From positions 256,001-320,000 of the forward strand of contig CAWJSJ010000001.1 of the NCBI GenBank assembly GCA_963845565.1: 64,000 bases of DNA. Reading direction: 5' to 3'. The stretch is from an uncultured Methylomirabilota bacterium. Lineage in GTDB: Bacteria; Methylomirabilota; Methylomirabilia; Methylomirabilales; 2-02-FULL-66-22. The position numbers and the translations under genes were made by a program. Under the pieces are notes generated by a model. The model was not told the origin of the DNA. It did no database searches and saw only the letters and a program-made list of their open reading frames with translations. Positions 20,302-32,346 of this stretch are shown here, piece after piece (position 1 is the stretch's first letter; each line of letters begins with the position of its first letter).

Positions 20302-20452
20302 CGGGCGGTTGCTTCAAAGGGCACTGCCCGGGGGGAAGGGTCAATCGCCTTGTCAATCCAATGATTGGGCTTGCGGTGTGGCGCGTAGAGAGAACAGTGC
20401 TCCAAAGAAAGCCCCCGCCAAGGGCGCGGCTGGCGATTGAAGGAGCCACCGT

Positions 20453-23208
<2,756 letters not shown>

Positions 23209-23282
23209 GAACACATACAACGGCGCTCGCGACGTTACCTCGATACCACGACCAGGCTGCCGCGCGTTGACGGAGAACCAGC

Positions 23283-24239
23283 ATGAATGGACCATCGCTC
23301 AAGCAGGGCTCGATGATGGTCGCCAGCACGAGGCGCCGGCGGCCCGGGGCGCCCTTGAGCAGGCCAAGCAGACTTGGCCAAGGGACTCGCCGGGCCTGGG
23401 CGATATCGTGCGGCGCCGTCAAAACGTTTTTGCGGATTGACGGGGCACAGTGGGCGGGAGCGTTCGCCTTCAATGCGTTCTTCTCGCTGTTTCCTTTGAT
23501 GATCCTGCTCGTCACAATTGCCTCGTCCTTTGTTGACCGGGACCGGGCCGGGACAGAGGTCATTGCCTACATGGAAAGCTACGTCCCGATCAGCGGCGAG
23601 ATGCAACGTCATATTTTTGACACCATTGCCGGTGTGATCCAGGCGCGCGAGCAGGCGGGCGTGGTCGCGCTTCTCATCCTGGTCTGGGCCGCCCTCCAAT
23701 GTTTCACCACCCTGATCTGCGCGACCAACCGAGCCTGGGGCACCGAGGTGTACAACTGGTGGCGGCTGCCGCTGAAGAGCCTGGTGCTGCTCGGCGTCAC
23801 GGCGGGTGCGGTCCTCCTGGGCATGGCGGCGCCGGTGCTGGCGAAAATGGCGAAGGATTGGGTCTTTCCGGTGAATGATTTTCGTTCCTGGGTCTATGCC
23901 CTGGGGAGCTTTGTCATCCCCTTGTTGGTGGTGTTCCTCAGCCTGAGCCTGTTTTACAGGCTGGCTCCGCGCCGGCCCACGCGGTTTGCCGAGGTCTGGG
24001 CCGCCGCCCTGTGCGCCACGGCTCTCTTGCAGGCGGCTGAAAGTCTATTCGTGATCTACCTCAAGCACTTCGCCACGTTCAACGCGGTCTACGGGGCGTT
24101 CGGCGGGATCATGGCGTTGCTGCTGTGGATCTACCTTTCCGGGTGCATTTTCATCTTCGGCGCCTGCCTGTGCGCCGCTCAGGCCGAAGGGCGTCCAGCG
24201 CCGGCGGAAACAACGATGGCACCGACCACGAGGAATTGA
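23283..24239 (+). CDS. YihY/virulence factor BrkB family membrane protein
   Basis: AGAFAFNAFFSLFPL; YGAFGGIMALLLWIYLS. Confidence 0.88.
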   Translation: MNGPSLKQGSMMVASTRRRRPGAPLSRPSRLGQGTRRAWAISCGAVKTFLRIDGAQWAGAFAFNAFFSLFPLMILLVTIASSFVDRDRAGTEVIAYMESYVPISGEMQRHIFDTIAGVIQAREQAGVVALLILVWAALQCFTTLICATNRAWGTEVYNWWRLPLKSLVLLGVTAGAVLLGMAAPVLAKMAKDWVFPVNDFRSWVYALGSFVIPLLVVFLSLSLFYRLAPRRPTRFAEVWAAALCATALLQAAESLFVIYLKHFATFNAVYGAFGGIMALLLWIYLSGCIFIFGACLCAAQAEGRPAPAETTMAPTTRN

Positions 24240-24605
24240 ACCATGACGTCGGCGTCCCGGTGAAGATGCGCACGGGTGACGCGCTAGCGGTCGCGAGGGA
24301 AATCGCGCGCGGAGTCGGCTTGCCCAACATCCGTCGCGTGGCGGACCTGAAGGCCGCGAGCGCGCAGGCGGGCAACGTGGTCCACGATCATCATTCCATG
24401 TGCGGACGTGCTCGACACGAACTCTCTCACGACATTTTGGCCCTTGACGCCAACCCGGCTGCCGACGCATAGTGGGATTGTGCGTGGTGCCGAATCTCCG
24501 ACCACGAAGGATACGGTCTCCCACTGGTCACCACCGTTGAAGGGATGGGCGGGGGAGACACGTGAGCGCTCCGGAGACGATCCCTGGTGCGTGAGGAGGG
24601 ACGCA

Positions 24606-27278
24606 ATGCGCAAACGCACACCCCGCCCGACCCCGAAGCCGGCCGCGGTCCGCGCCGGCCGGCGAGCCGCCCCGCCCCGGCCCACACCCGTCCCCCGCTC
24701 TGGGGACGGCCGCTTCCCCATTGTCGGCATCGGGGCCTCCGCCGGGGGCCTGGAAGCCCTCGAGGAGTTTTTCCGGCACGTGCCGGCCGGCAGCGGCCTG
24801 GCCTTTGTGGTCGTCCAGCATCTCGACCCGACCCACAAGGGCCTCTTGCCCGAACTGCTCCAACGCGCGACCGGCATGCCGGTCCATCAGATCAAGGATC
24901 GGACCCGGGTCCAGCCGGACTGCGTGTACGTGATCCCGCCCAACACGGACCTGTCGATCCTCCGCGGCGTGCTGCACCTCCTCACGCCGGCCGCCCCGCG
25001 CGGCCTCCGTCTCCCGATCGACACCTTTTTCCGAGCGCTGGCGGCGGACTGGCACGAGCGCAGCGTCGCCGTCGTCCTGTCGGGCATGGGGACGGACGGC
25101 ACGCTGGGCGTCCGGGCCATCAAGGAGCAGGGGGGGCTCGTCCTGGTGCAGGAGCCGGCCTCGGCCAAGTTCGCCAGCATGCCCCAGAGCGTGCTCGCCG
25201 CGGGACTGGCGGACGTCGCGGCCCCGGCCGCCGCGTTGCCCCAGAAGCTCCTCGCCTGCCTCCAGCACGCCCCCCACGGGCCCTCGACCGAGCTCCCGCT
25301 GGGCGACAAGACCGAGAGCGGTTTGGAGAAGGCCCTGATCCTGCTCCGGGCGCACACCGGCCACGATTTTTCGCAGTATAAGAAGACGACCGTGTACCGG
25401 CGGATCGAACGGCGCATGAGCCTCCACCAGCTTGACACGATCGCGGCCTACGTCCGGTACCTGCAGGCGAATCCCCAGGAGATCGACTTGCTCTTCAAGG
25501 AGCTCTTGATCGGGGTGACCAGCTTCTTCCGCGACCCGGCGGCCTGGGAACAGCTCCAGACGCGCGGCCTCCCGGGGCTCCTGGCCGCCCGGCCGCCCGG
25601 CCAGCCCCTGCGGGCCTGGGTGCCCGGCTGCGCGACGGGGGAGGAGGCATACTCTCTGGCCATTGCCGTGACGGAGGTGCTGGCCGAGCGGACACCTCAG
25701 GCGCGATGGCCGCTGCAGATCTTTGGCACCGACCTGGACCGGGACGCCATCGACCGGGCCCGTCAGGGCGTCTTTCCGGACAACATCGCCGCCGACGTGT
25801 CCTCGGAGCGCCTGCAGCGCTTCTTCCGCAAGGAGCAGAGCGGGTATCGGGTCGCGCCCGCCATCCGGGGCCTGGTGACCTTTGCCCTGCAGAACGTCCT
25901 CGGACACCCGCCCTTCACCAAGCTGGATCTCCTGAGCTGCCGGAACCTGCTCATCTACCTGGACCCGGAGCTCCAAAAGAAACTCCTTCCTTTGTTCCAC
26001 TACAGCCTGAACCCCGGCGGCCTGCTGTTCCTGGGCAGCGCGGAGACCATCGGCGGCTTCAGCGACTTGTTTACCCCGCTGGCGGCCAAGGCTCGCCTCT
26101 ACCAGCGGAACGCCTCCGCCGGGCGGGCGGAGCTGATCGAGCTTCCCGCCGCGCCGCGGGGTGTCCGGCCCGCGGCGGCGGCCGCGCCCCGGGTGTTGCT
26201 TGCGCCCGTCAGCCTCCAGGCGCTGGCGGACCAGGTACTCCTCCAGCGCTATGCCCCGGCGGCGGTGCTGGTCGCCGCCCAGGGGGACATCCTGTACATC
26301 AGCGGGCGAACGGGCAAGTACCTCGAGCCGGCGAGCGGCAAGGTCAACTGGAACGTGCTGGCCATGGCCCGCGAGGGGCTGCGAGCCGCGCTGCCCGATG
26401 CCATCCGGCAGGCTCTCCGCAAGTCGGAGGAGGTCACGCTCCGACACCTCACGGTGCGGACCGAGGGGGGGGTGCAGGTCGTGGACGTCACCGTCCAGGC
26501 GCTCGCGGAGCCGGAGGCGTTGCGCGGGACGGTGTTGATCGCCTTCCGGGACGTGGCCGCGGTTCCTGCCCCGGCTCCCCCGCGGCGCGCCGCGCGCGGG
26601 GGCGCGCCGCGCGCCCACGTCGCCGCGCTCGACCGGGAGCTGCAACAGGCCCGCGAAGATGCCCGGGGCACCCAGGAGGAGATGCAGACGGCGCAAGAAG
26701 AGCTCAAGGCGACCAACGAGGAGCTCCAGGCGACCAACGAGGAGCTGCAATCGACCAACGAGGAGCTCCAGTCGACCAACGAGGAGCTGACCACCTCCAA
26801 GGAAGAGATGCAATCCTTGAACGAGGAGCTCCAGACCGTCAACGCCGAGCTCCAGGCCAAGGTGGAGGAGTTGTCGCGGGCGAGCGCCGACATGAAGAAC
26901 CTGCTCAACAGCACGGACATCGCCACCCTCTTCCTGGACGGCGCGCTCTGCGTCCGGCGCTTCACCGCCCAGGCGACCACGCTCATCAAGCTGATTCCCG
27001 GCGACCTGGGGCGCCCGGTCACCGACCTCGCGTCCGCGCTGCTGTATCCTGATCTCCCCGCGGACGCGCAGGAGGTCCTGCGGACCCTGACGCCCATCGA
27101 GAAGGAAATCGCGACCCGCGACGGGCGCTGGTTCACGGGGCGCCTGATGCCCTACCGCACGCTCGAGGACAAGATCGACGGCGTCGTGATCACCTTCAGG
27201 GAGGTCACGGCCGCCAAGACGCTGGAGGCGGAGCTTCGGCGGACGTTGGCCGCCCGGCCGGAGGCACCCCGTGCGTGA
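24606..27278 (+). CDS. CheB/CheR fusion with EELQSTNEE coiled coil and PAS domain
   Basis: CheB GIGASAGG, QHL, LSGMGTDG; CheR VTSFFRD, WVPGCATGEEAYS, SCRNLLIY; repeated NEELQST; C-terminal PAS. Confidence 0.93.
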   Translation: MRKRTPRPTPKPAAVRAGRRAAPPRPTPVPRSGDGRFPIVGIGASAGGLEALEEFFRHVPAGSGLAFVVVQHLDPTHKGLLPELLQRATGMPVHQIKDRTRVQPDCVYVIPPNTDLSILRGVLHLLTPAAPRGLRLPIDTFFRALAADWHERSVAVVLSGMGTDGTLGVRAIKEQGGLVLVQEPASAKFASMPQSVLAAGLADVAAPAAALPQKLLACLQHAPHGPSTELPLGDKTESGLEKALILLRAHTGHDFSQYKKTTVYRRIERRMSLHQLDTIAAYVRYLQANPQEIDLLFKELLIGVTSFFRDPAAWEQLQTRGLPGLLAARPPGQPLRAWVPGCATGEEAYSLAIAVTEVLAERTPQARWPLQIFGTDLDRDAIDRARQGVFPDNIAADVSSERLQRFFRKEQSGYRVAPAIRGLVTFALQNVLGHPPFTKLDLLSCRNLLIYLDPELQKKLLPLFHYSLNPGGLLFLGSAETIGGFSDLFTPLAAKARLYQRNASAGRAELIELPAAPRGVRPAAAAAPRVLLAPVSLQALADQVLLQRYAPAAVLVAAQGDILYISGRTGKYLEPASGKVNWNVLAMAREGLRAALPDAIRQALRKSEEVTLRHLTVRTEGGVQVVDVTVQALAEPEALRGTVLIAFRDVAAVPAPAPPRRAARGGAPRAHVAALDRELQQAREDARGTQEEMQTAQEELKATNEELQATNEELQSTNEELQSTNEELTTSKEEMQSLNEELQTVNAELQAKVEELSRASADMKNLLNSTDIATLFLDGALCVRRFTAQATTLIKLIPGDLGRPVTDLASALLYPDLPADAQEVLRTLTPIEKEIATRDGRWFTGRLMPYRTLEDKIDGVVITFREVTAAKTLEAELRRTLAARPEAPRA

Positions 27279-28932
27279 CGAGTCGAAGCTGCCGCCCGAT
27301 GCCCCCGCGCTGCGCCGCCGCGCGGAAGCACGCCTGCGCGCCACGGCGACGCGTCCCCCCGCGCCCCGCACCGCCGCCGACACCCAGCGGCTCCTCCACG
27401 AGCTCCAGGTTCACCAGGTGGAGCTGGAGCTGCAGAACGAGGAACTCCGCCAGGCGCGCGAGGCCGGCGAGGCGGCGCTGGCCCGGTACACCGCGCTCTA
27501 CGACGAGGCCCCGGTAGCGTATCTGACGCTCGACCGGGCCGGGGGCATCCGCGGCCTGAACCTCACCGGCGCCACCCTCCTGGGGGAAGCGCGCGCCGCG
27601 GTGGTGGGGACCCCGTTCCAGCGATTCCTCCCGGCGGACGCCCACCCCGTCGTCGAGGCCGTCCTCAAGGCCGCGGGCCCCGACCCGGACCCGCAGGCCG
27701 TCTGCGAGGTGCCTCTGCGGCCGACCGCGGGCCCCCTGCGGTTCGTGCGCCTCCAGGCCACCGCGGAAGCAGCCGGCGACGAGTGCCGCGTCGTGCTCAT
27801 CGACCTCACGGACCGCCGGCAACTGGAGGAGGCGCGGCTGCTCCGGAGCAAGCTGGAAGCCACGGGGGTCTTGGCGGCCGGGATCGCCCACGACTTCAAC
27901 AACCTGTTGATGGCCATCCTGGTGAACCTCGAGCTGCTCCGGGAGCCCACGGACGACGCCACGGCGTACCTCGCCGCCGCCATCCAAGCCGTGCTGGAGG
28001 CCCGTGGCCTGACGCAGCAGTTTCTCACCTTCGCCAAGGGCGGGCTGCCGGTCCGGCGGGTGCTCGCCCTGGCTGGCGTGGTCCGGGACGCCGCCACGCT
28101 CGTCCTGCGGGGGGCGCCGGTCGAGTGCGACCTCACACTGCCGACGGATCTCTGGCTGGTGGACGGGGATCCGACGCAGCTCGGCCAGGTCGTCCGGAAC
28201 CTCGTCCTGAACGCACGCGAGGCGATGCCCAAAGGCGGGCGAGTCACCATCCGGGCGGAGAACGTCGCAGAACCCACGGCGGGTGTGCGCGTGACCATCG
28301 CCGACCACGGGCCCGGGATCCCGGCGGACCTCCTGCCCAAGATTTTCGATCCGTACTTCTCGACCAAGCAACGCGGGGCCCAGCGGGGTACGGGCCTGGG
28401 CCTGACCGTTTGCCGGGCTATCGTAGAGCAGCACGGAGGCACCCTCACGGTGGACTCCACGGTGGGGGTTGGGACCACTGTCCAGATCGTGTTGCCCGCG
28501 GCCGTGGCGCTCGCGCACGCCGCGCTCCGCCCGGCGCCCCTCGCCCTGCCCGGGACCGGCCGGCTCCTGGTCATGGACGATGAGCCGTCGGTGCGGACCA
28601 CGCTCGGCGCGCTCCTCCAACGGCTGGGCTACACGGTCGAGCTGGCCGAGCGCGGCGAGGAGGCCGTGGCGCTGTATCAAGTGGCCCAGGCGCAGGGCGA
28701 CGGCTTCGCCGCGGTGATCCTCGACTTGACGGTGCGAGGGGGGATGGGGGGCGTGGCGACTCTCGAGGCACTGCGTCGACTCGATCCCGCCGTTACGGCG
28801 CTTGCGGTGAGCGGTTACGCCGACGATCCGGTCATCGTGGATCCCGTGCGGCACGGGTTCAAGGGGGCCCTCGCCAAACCCCACGGGATCGCCGCGCTGC
28901 GCGACCTCCTCGCCCAAGCGCTGGGGCGCTGA
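27271..28932 (+). CDS. Hybrid sensor histidine kinase (coiled coil-PAS-HisKA-HATPase-REC)
   Basis: GIAHDFNNLL, NLVLNA, DHGPGI, FDPYFSTK, GTGLGL; REC domain MDD...LDL...KP. Confidence 0.93.
   Translation: MRDESKLPPDAPALRRRAEARLRATATRPPAPRTAADTQRLLHELQVHQVELELQNEELRQAREAGEAALARYTALYDEAPVAYLTLDRAGGIRGLNLTGATLLGEARAAVVGTPFQRFLPADAHPVVEAVLKAAGPDPDPQAVCEVPLRPTAGPLRFVRLQATAEAAGDECRVVLIDLTDRRQLEEARLLRSKLEATGVLAAGIAHDFNNLLMAILVNLELLREPTDDATAYLAAAIQAVLEARGLTQQFLTFAKGGLPVRRVLALAGVVRDAATLVLRGAPVECDLTLPTDLWLVDGDPTQLGQVVRNLVLNAREAMPKGGRVTIRAENVAEPTAGVRVTIADHGPGIPADLLPKIFDPYFSTKQRGAQRGTGLGLTVCRAIVEQHGGTLTVDSTVGVGTTVQIVLPAAVALAHAALRPAPLALPGTGRLLVMDDEPSVRTTLGALLQRLGYTVELAERGEEAVALYQVAQAQGDGFAAVILDLTVRGGMGGVATLEALRRLDPAVTALAVSGYADDPVIVDPVRHGFKGALAKPHGIAALRDLLAQALGR
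27291..27820 (+). repeat. 530-bp direct repeat, copy 1 (kinase input module)
   Basis: Near-identical to 32430-32959 (about 9-10 mismatches by eye). Confidence 0.92.
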
Positions 28933-28950
28933 ACAGGCCGGTGCCCGCTA

Positions 28951-29062
28951 CCGGAACGGATCAGGCGTTGCCGGTACGCGGTGACACCGCACCCATCCTG
29001 GCGGATGGGTACCCGGTCCGCTCATCACCACGTACGCTCCCGCTGCAGGCGGGAATGGCTGC
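28951..29062 (-). repeat. Dispersed repeat, copy D (body only, inverted)
   Basis: Reverse complement matches 5657-5767 and 53397-53495. Confidence 0.8.
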
Positions 29063-29082
29063 CCGTTTCGGCGATTCTGCAC

Positions 29083-29111
29083 TTGACACCAAGTGCCCCT
29101 CGGGCAATAAT
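29083..29111 (+). promoter_or_regulatory. sigma70-type promoter upstream of kaiC
   Basis: TTGACA-N17-AATAAT. Confidence 0.55.
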
Positions 29112-29183
29112 TCTTCAATCAGCCCCACGAGTCCCGCGAACAGGCTGTCATCGCGCCTGACTGTGCCCCAAGGAGAACCGCAC

Positions 29184-30887
29184 ATGGCGAGCCACCGGAA
29201 GCCGTCCGAGCGCGACGCGGTCTTGCCGAAGTGTCCCACCGGGATTTACGGGCTGGACGAGATCACGGAGGGCGGCCTCCCCAGGGGCCGCCCGACCCTC
29301 GTCTGCGGCACGGCCGGGTCTGGCAAGACGCTGCTCGCCATGGAGTTCCTGGTCCGGGGTATCACCGAGTTCCGCGAGCCCGGCGTGTTCATGACCTTCG
29401 AGGAGACGGCCGAGGAGCTGTCCGCCAACGTCGCCTCCTTGGGCTTCCACGTCCCTCGCTTGCTCCGGACCGGGCAGCTCGCGATCGACCATGTGCGCGT
29501 TGAGCGGAGCGAGATCGACGAGACCGGCGAGTATGACCTCGAGGGGCTCTTCATTCGCCTGGGCGCCGCCATCGACCGCACCGGGGCCAAGCGCGTCGTC
29601 CTGGACACCATCGAGGCCCTGTTCGCCGGGCTGTCCAACGAGGCGATCCTGCGGGCGGAGCTGCGCCGGCTGTTCCGCTGGCTCAAGGATAAACAGGTCA
29701 CCGCGATCATCACCGGCGAATTGGGAGACGGACACCTGACCCGCCACGGGCTGGAGGAGTACGTCAGCGACTGCGTCATCCTCTTGGATCATCGGGTGCA
29801 AAACCAGGTGGCCACCCGACGCCTCCGGATCGTGAAGTACCGGGGGTCCAAACACGGGACCAACGAGTACCCCGCCCTGATCGACGAGCACGGCCTGTCA
29901 GTCCTCCCTATCAGCTCCCTGGGCCTCACCTACCCGGTCAGTACGGAGCGGGTCTCCACCGGCATCCCCCGCCTGGATGCCATGCTGGGCGGCAAGGGCT
30001 ACTACCGGGGGAGCAGTATCCTCGTGTCCGGCACCGCGGGTACCGGCAAGACGAGCCTCGCCACGGCTTTCCTCGACCGGGTCTGCCGCCAGGGCGGCCC
30101 GGCTCTCTACTGCTCCTTCGAGGAGTCCCCGGACCAGATCATCCGCAATATGCGCTCCATCGGGTATGACCTGGACAAATGGCGGAAGGCCGGCCGGCTC
30201 CGGTTCCACTCCGTCCGGCCCTCACTCTACGGCCTGGAGATGCATCTCGCCACCCTCCACAAGCTGGTCGAGGAGTTCAAGCCCCGCGCGGTGGTCCTGG
30301 ACCCGATCACCAACATGCTGAGCATCGGCGACTCCCCCGAGGTCAAGGCGATGCTGACGCGGCTCATCGACTTCCTGAAGAACCGGGGGATCACCAGCGT
30401 CTTCACCAGCCTCACCGCGGGCGGTCACGACCTGGACCAGAGCGAGGTCGGCATCTCCTCCCTGATGGACTCCTGGCTGCTCGTCCGGATGCTGGAAACG
30501 AACGGTGAGCGGAACCGGCTTCTCTACGTGTTGAAGTCCCGGGGCATGGCCCACAGTAACCAGATGCGGGAGTTCCTCCTCACCGACGCGGGAATCCAGC
30601 TCCGGGATGTCTATGTCGGTCCCGGGGCGGTGTTCACCGGCTCGTCCCGCCTGGCGCAGGAGGCCCGGGACAAGGCCGACGGCCTGGCCGAGCAGGTGGC
30701 GGCCGCACGCCGCGAGCGGGAGCTGGTCCAGGAGCAGACGAGCCTGAAAGCCCAGGCCGCGGCGCTCCTGACGCGGGTGGGTCACATCAAGGAGGAGCTG
30801 CAGACGGCCCAGCAGCAGGCCCGGCGCCGGGCGGGGGCCACCCGCACCGACCAGGAAACCTTAGCGCGCGCCCGCAAGGCGGACTGA
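29184..30887 (+). CDS. kaiC: Circadian clock protein KaiC (KaiC2-like)
   Basis: Two RecA-like domains (GTAGSGKT and GTAGTGKT, FEE); KYRG and KSRG; ISSLMD at the phosphosite position; AGGAG RBS. Confidence 0.95.
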   Translation: MASHRKPSERDAVLPKCPTGIYGLDEITEGGLPRGRPTLVCGTAGSGKTLLAMEFLVRGITEFREPGVFMTFEETAEELSANVASLGFHVPRLLRTGQLAIDHVRVERSEIDETGEYDLEGLFIRLGAAIDRTGAKRVVLDTIEALFAGLSNEAILRAELRRLFRWLKDKQVTAIITGELGDGHLTRHGLEEYVSDCVILLDHRVQNQVATRRLRIVKYRGSKHGTNEYPALIDEHGLSVLPISSLGLTYPVSTERVSTGIPRLDAMLGGKGYYRGSSILVSGTAGTGKTSLATAFLDRVCRQGGPALYCSFEESPDQIIRNMRSIGYDLDKWRKAGRLRFHSVRPSLYGLEMHLATLHKLVEEFKPRAVVLDPITNMLSIGDSPEVKAMLTRLIDFLKNRGITSVFTSLTAGGHDLDQSEVGISSLMDSWLLVRMLETNGERNRLLYVLKSRGMAHSNQMREFLLTDAGIQLRDVYVGPGAVFTGSSRLAQEARDKADGLAEQVAAARRERELVQEQTSLKAQAAALLTRVGHIKEELQTAQQQARRRAGATRTDQETLARARKAD

Positions 30888-30905
30888 GGCGACGAAAGGA
30901 AAATC

Positions 30906-31247
30906 ATGACGACGACCAAGACCAGCCTCAAGCGGCGCAAGACTGCTCCCGTCAAGGCCCGTCGCACCCCGGCGACCTGGGACCTGCGACTGTACGTGGC
31001 TGGGCAGACCGCCCGGGCCATTCAGGCCTTCGCGAATCTCACGCGGATCTGCGAGGAGCATCTGGCCGGCAAGTACAACATCGAGGTGATCGACCTTCTG
31101 ACGTCGCCCCAACTGGCGAAGGGGCACCAGATCGTGGCCGTCCCCACCTTGGTGCGGAACCTGCCAGAGCCGGTGCGCAAGATCATCGGGGACCTCTCCA
31201 ATACGGAGAAGGTCCTCGTGGGCCTCGACCTGCGGCCGCGGTCCTGA
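30906..31247 (+). CDS. kaiB: KaiB
   Basis: LRLYVAGQT...[23 protein letters not shown]. Confidence 0.93.
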   Translation: MTTTKTSLKRRKTAPVKARRTPATWDLRLYVAGQTARAIQAFANLTRICEEHLAGKYNIEVIDLLTSPQLAKGHQIVAVPTLVRNLPEPVRKIIGDLSNTEKVLVGLDLRPRS

Positions 31248-31266
31248 CGTGGGGGGGGGGCGTTCC

Positions 31267-31602
31267 ATGCGAAAGAAAGAGGATGCCACGGCCGCCTTGG
31301 CCCGCGCGGCCACGGCGCAGGCGCAGGCCCATTATCTGCTCAAGCTCTACGTCGCCGGCGTGACGCCGCGGTCTTCCAGCGCGATCCGGTCACTCACGGA
31401 GCTTTGCGAGACGCACCTCAAGGGGCGATACACGTTGGAGATCGTCGATCTCTACCGACAACCGACGCTGGCCGCAGGCGATCAGATTGTCGCCGCGCCT
31501 ACCCTGATCAAGAAGCTTCCGCTCCCGCTCCGGCGCCTGATCGGGGACATGGCCAACGAGGACAAGATCCTCGTCGGCCTGGATCTGAGGCCCAAGCCAT
31601 GA
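31267..31602 (+). CDS. kaiB: Second KaiB-domain protein
   Basis: YLLKLYVAGVTPRS...IVAAPTLIKKLPLPLRRLIGD. Confidence 0.9.
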   Translation: MRKKEDATAALARAATAQAQAHYLLKLYVAGVTPRSSSAIRSLTELCETHLKGRYTLEIVDLYRQPTLAAGDQIVAAPTLIKKLPLPLRRLIGDMANEDKILVGLDLRPKP

Positions 31603-32183
31603 CCGAAAAGCGCAGCACCCCGAACCGCCTCGCCGCCCTCCAGACGGAGAACCAGGAGTTGCGCCACCGGCTCGAGGAAGCCGAGGAGGCGCTCCGGGCC
31701 ATCCGGGAAGGCGAGGTGGATGCCGTCGTGGTGACCGGAAGTCGGGGCACACAGATCTTCTCCCTGAGCGGCGTCGAAAGTGTCTACCGCCTGATCATAG
31801 AGACGATGCAGGAGGCGACCCTGACAGTGACCCCCGATGGCCTGATCCTGTGGTGCAACCCGCAGTTTGCGAAAATCTTCCAGAACCCGGTCGGCCAGAT
31901 CCTCGGGAAGCCTTTACAAATGTTTGTCATTCCGGAACACATTCCCAGGATCGACGCCCTGCTGGAACAGATCCGCGACGCCCCAGTGCGCGAGCGCGTC
32001 GTCTTTCAGGCCGCGGACGGCACGCCCGTCCCGGCCTACGTGGATGCGCACCGGCTCTTACAACCGGAGGGGACGATTCTCTGCTTGGTGGTGAGCGATC
32101 TCTCCGAGTTGGAATCGGCCACCGACGTCGTCCGACAGCTCCGACAGGAGATAGCCGAGCGCGAGCGATCCGGACACGCCTAG
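31599..32183 (+). CDS. Kai-associated coiled-coil plus PAS protein, probably a truncated sensor kinase
   Basis: LEEAEEALRAIREGEVDAVVV followed by PAS; ends in ...GHA* then RESEESF. Confidence 0.75.
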   Translation: MTEKRSTPNRLAALQTENQELRHRLEEAEEALRAIREGEVDAVVVTGSRGTQIFSLSGVESVYRLIIETMQEATLTVTPDGLILWCNPQFAKIFQNPVGQILGKPLQMFVIPEHIPRIDALLEQIRDAPVRERVVFQAADGTPVPAYVDAHRLLQPEGTILCLVVSDLSELESATDVVRQLRQEIAERERSGHA

Positions 32184-32346
32184 CGCGAGAGCGAGGAGTC
32201 GTTCGGCCTATGAGTTCCGACCACGCGTATGCATCGTCCCGGTTGATTTTTTCGACGGTCGGCCGCACGCTGCCCTGCGGTGCGCAAATCACCTTTCCGG
32301 TCTTCGTTTACCCTGACGGGACCGGTACCCAGAGAGAGACGCCGCG

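Noticed and set aside
26690..26850. 21-bp tandem repeats (ACCAACGAGGAGCTCCAG)
   Set aside because: They encode the normal NEELQST heptads of CheB/CheR fusions.
24528..27383. Long antisense ORFs (951 aa here; also 15788-17773, 27205-28917, 32308-33930, 40273-42282)
   Set aside because: These are shadow ORFs opposite well-supported genes, expected in high-GC DNA, and show no motifs.
29184..31602. A bona fide cyanobacterial-type circadian clock
   Set aside because: There is no kaiA in the window and KaiC has KaiC2-like features; oscillation cannot be inferred from sequence.
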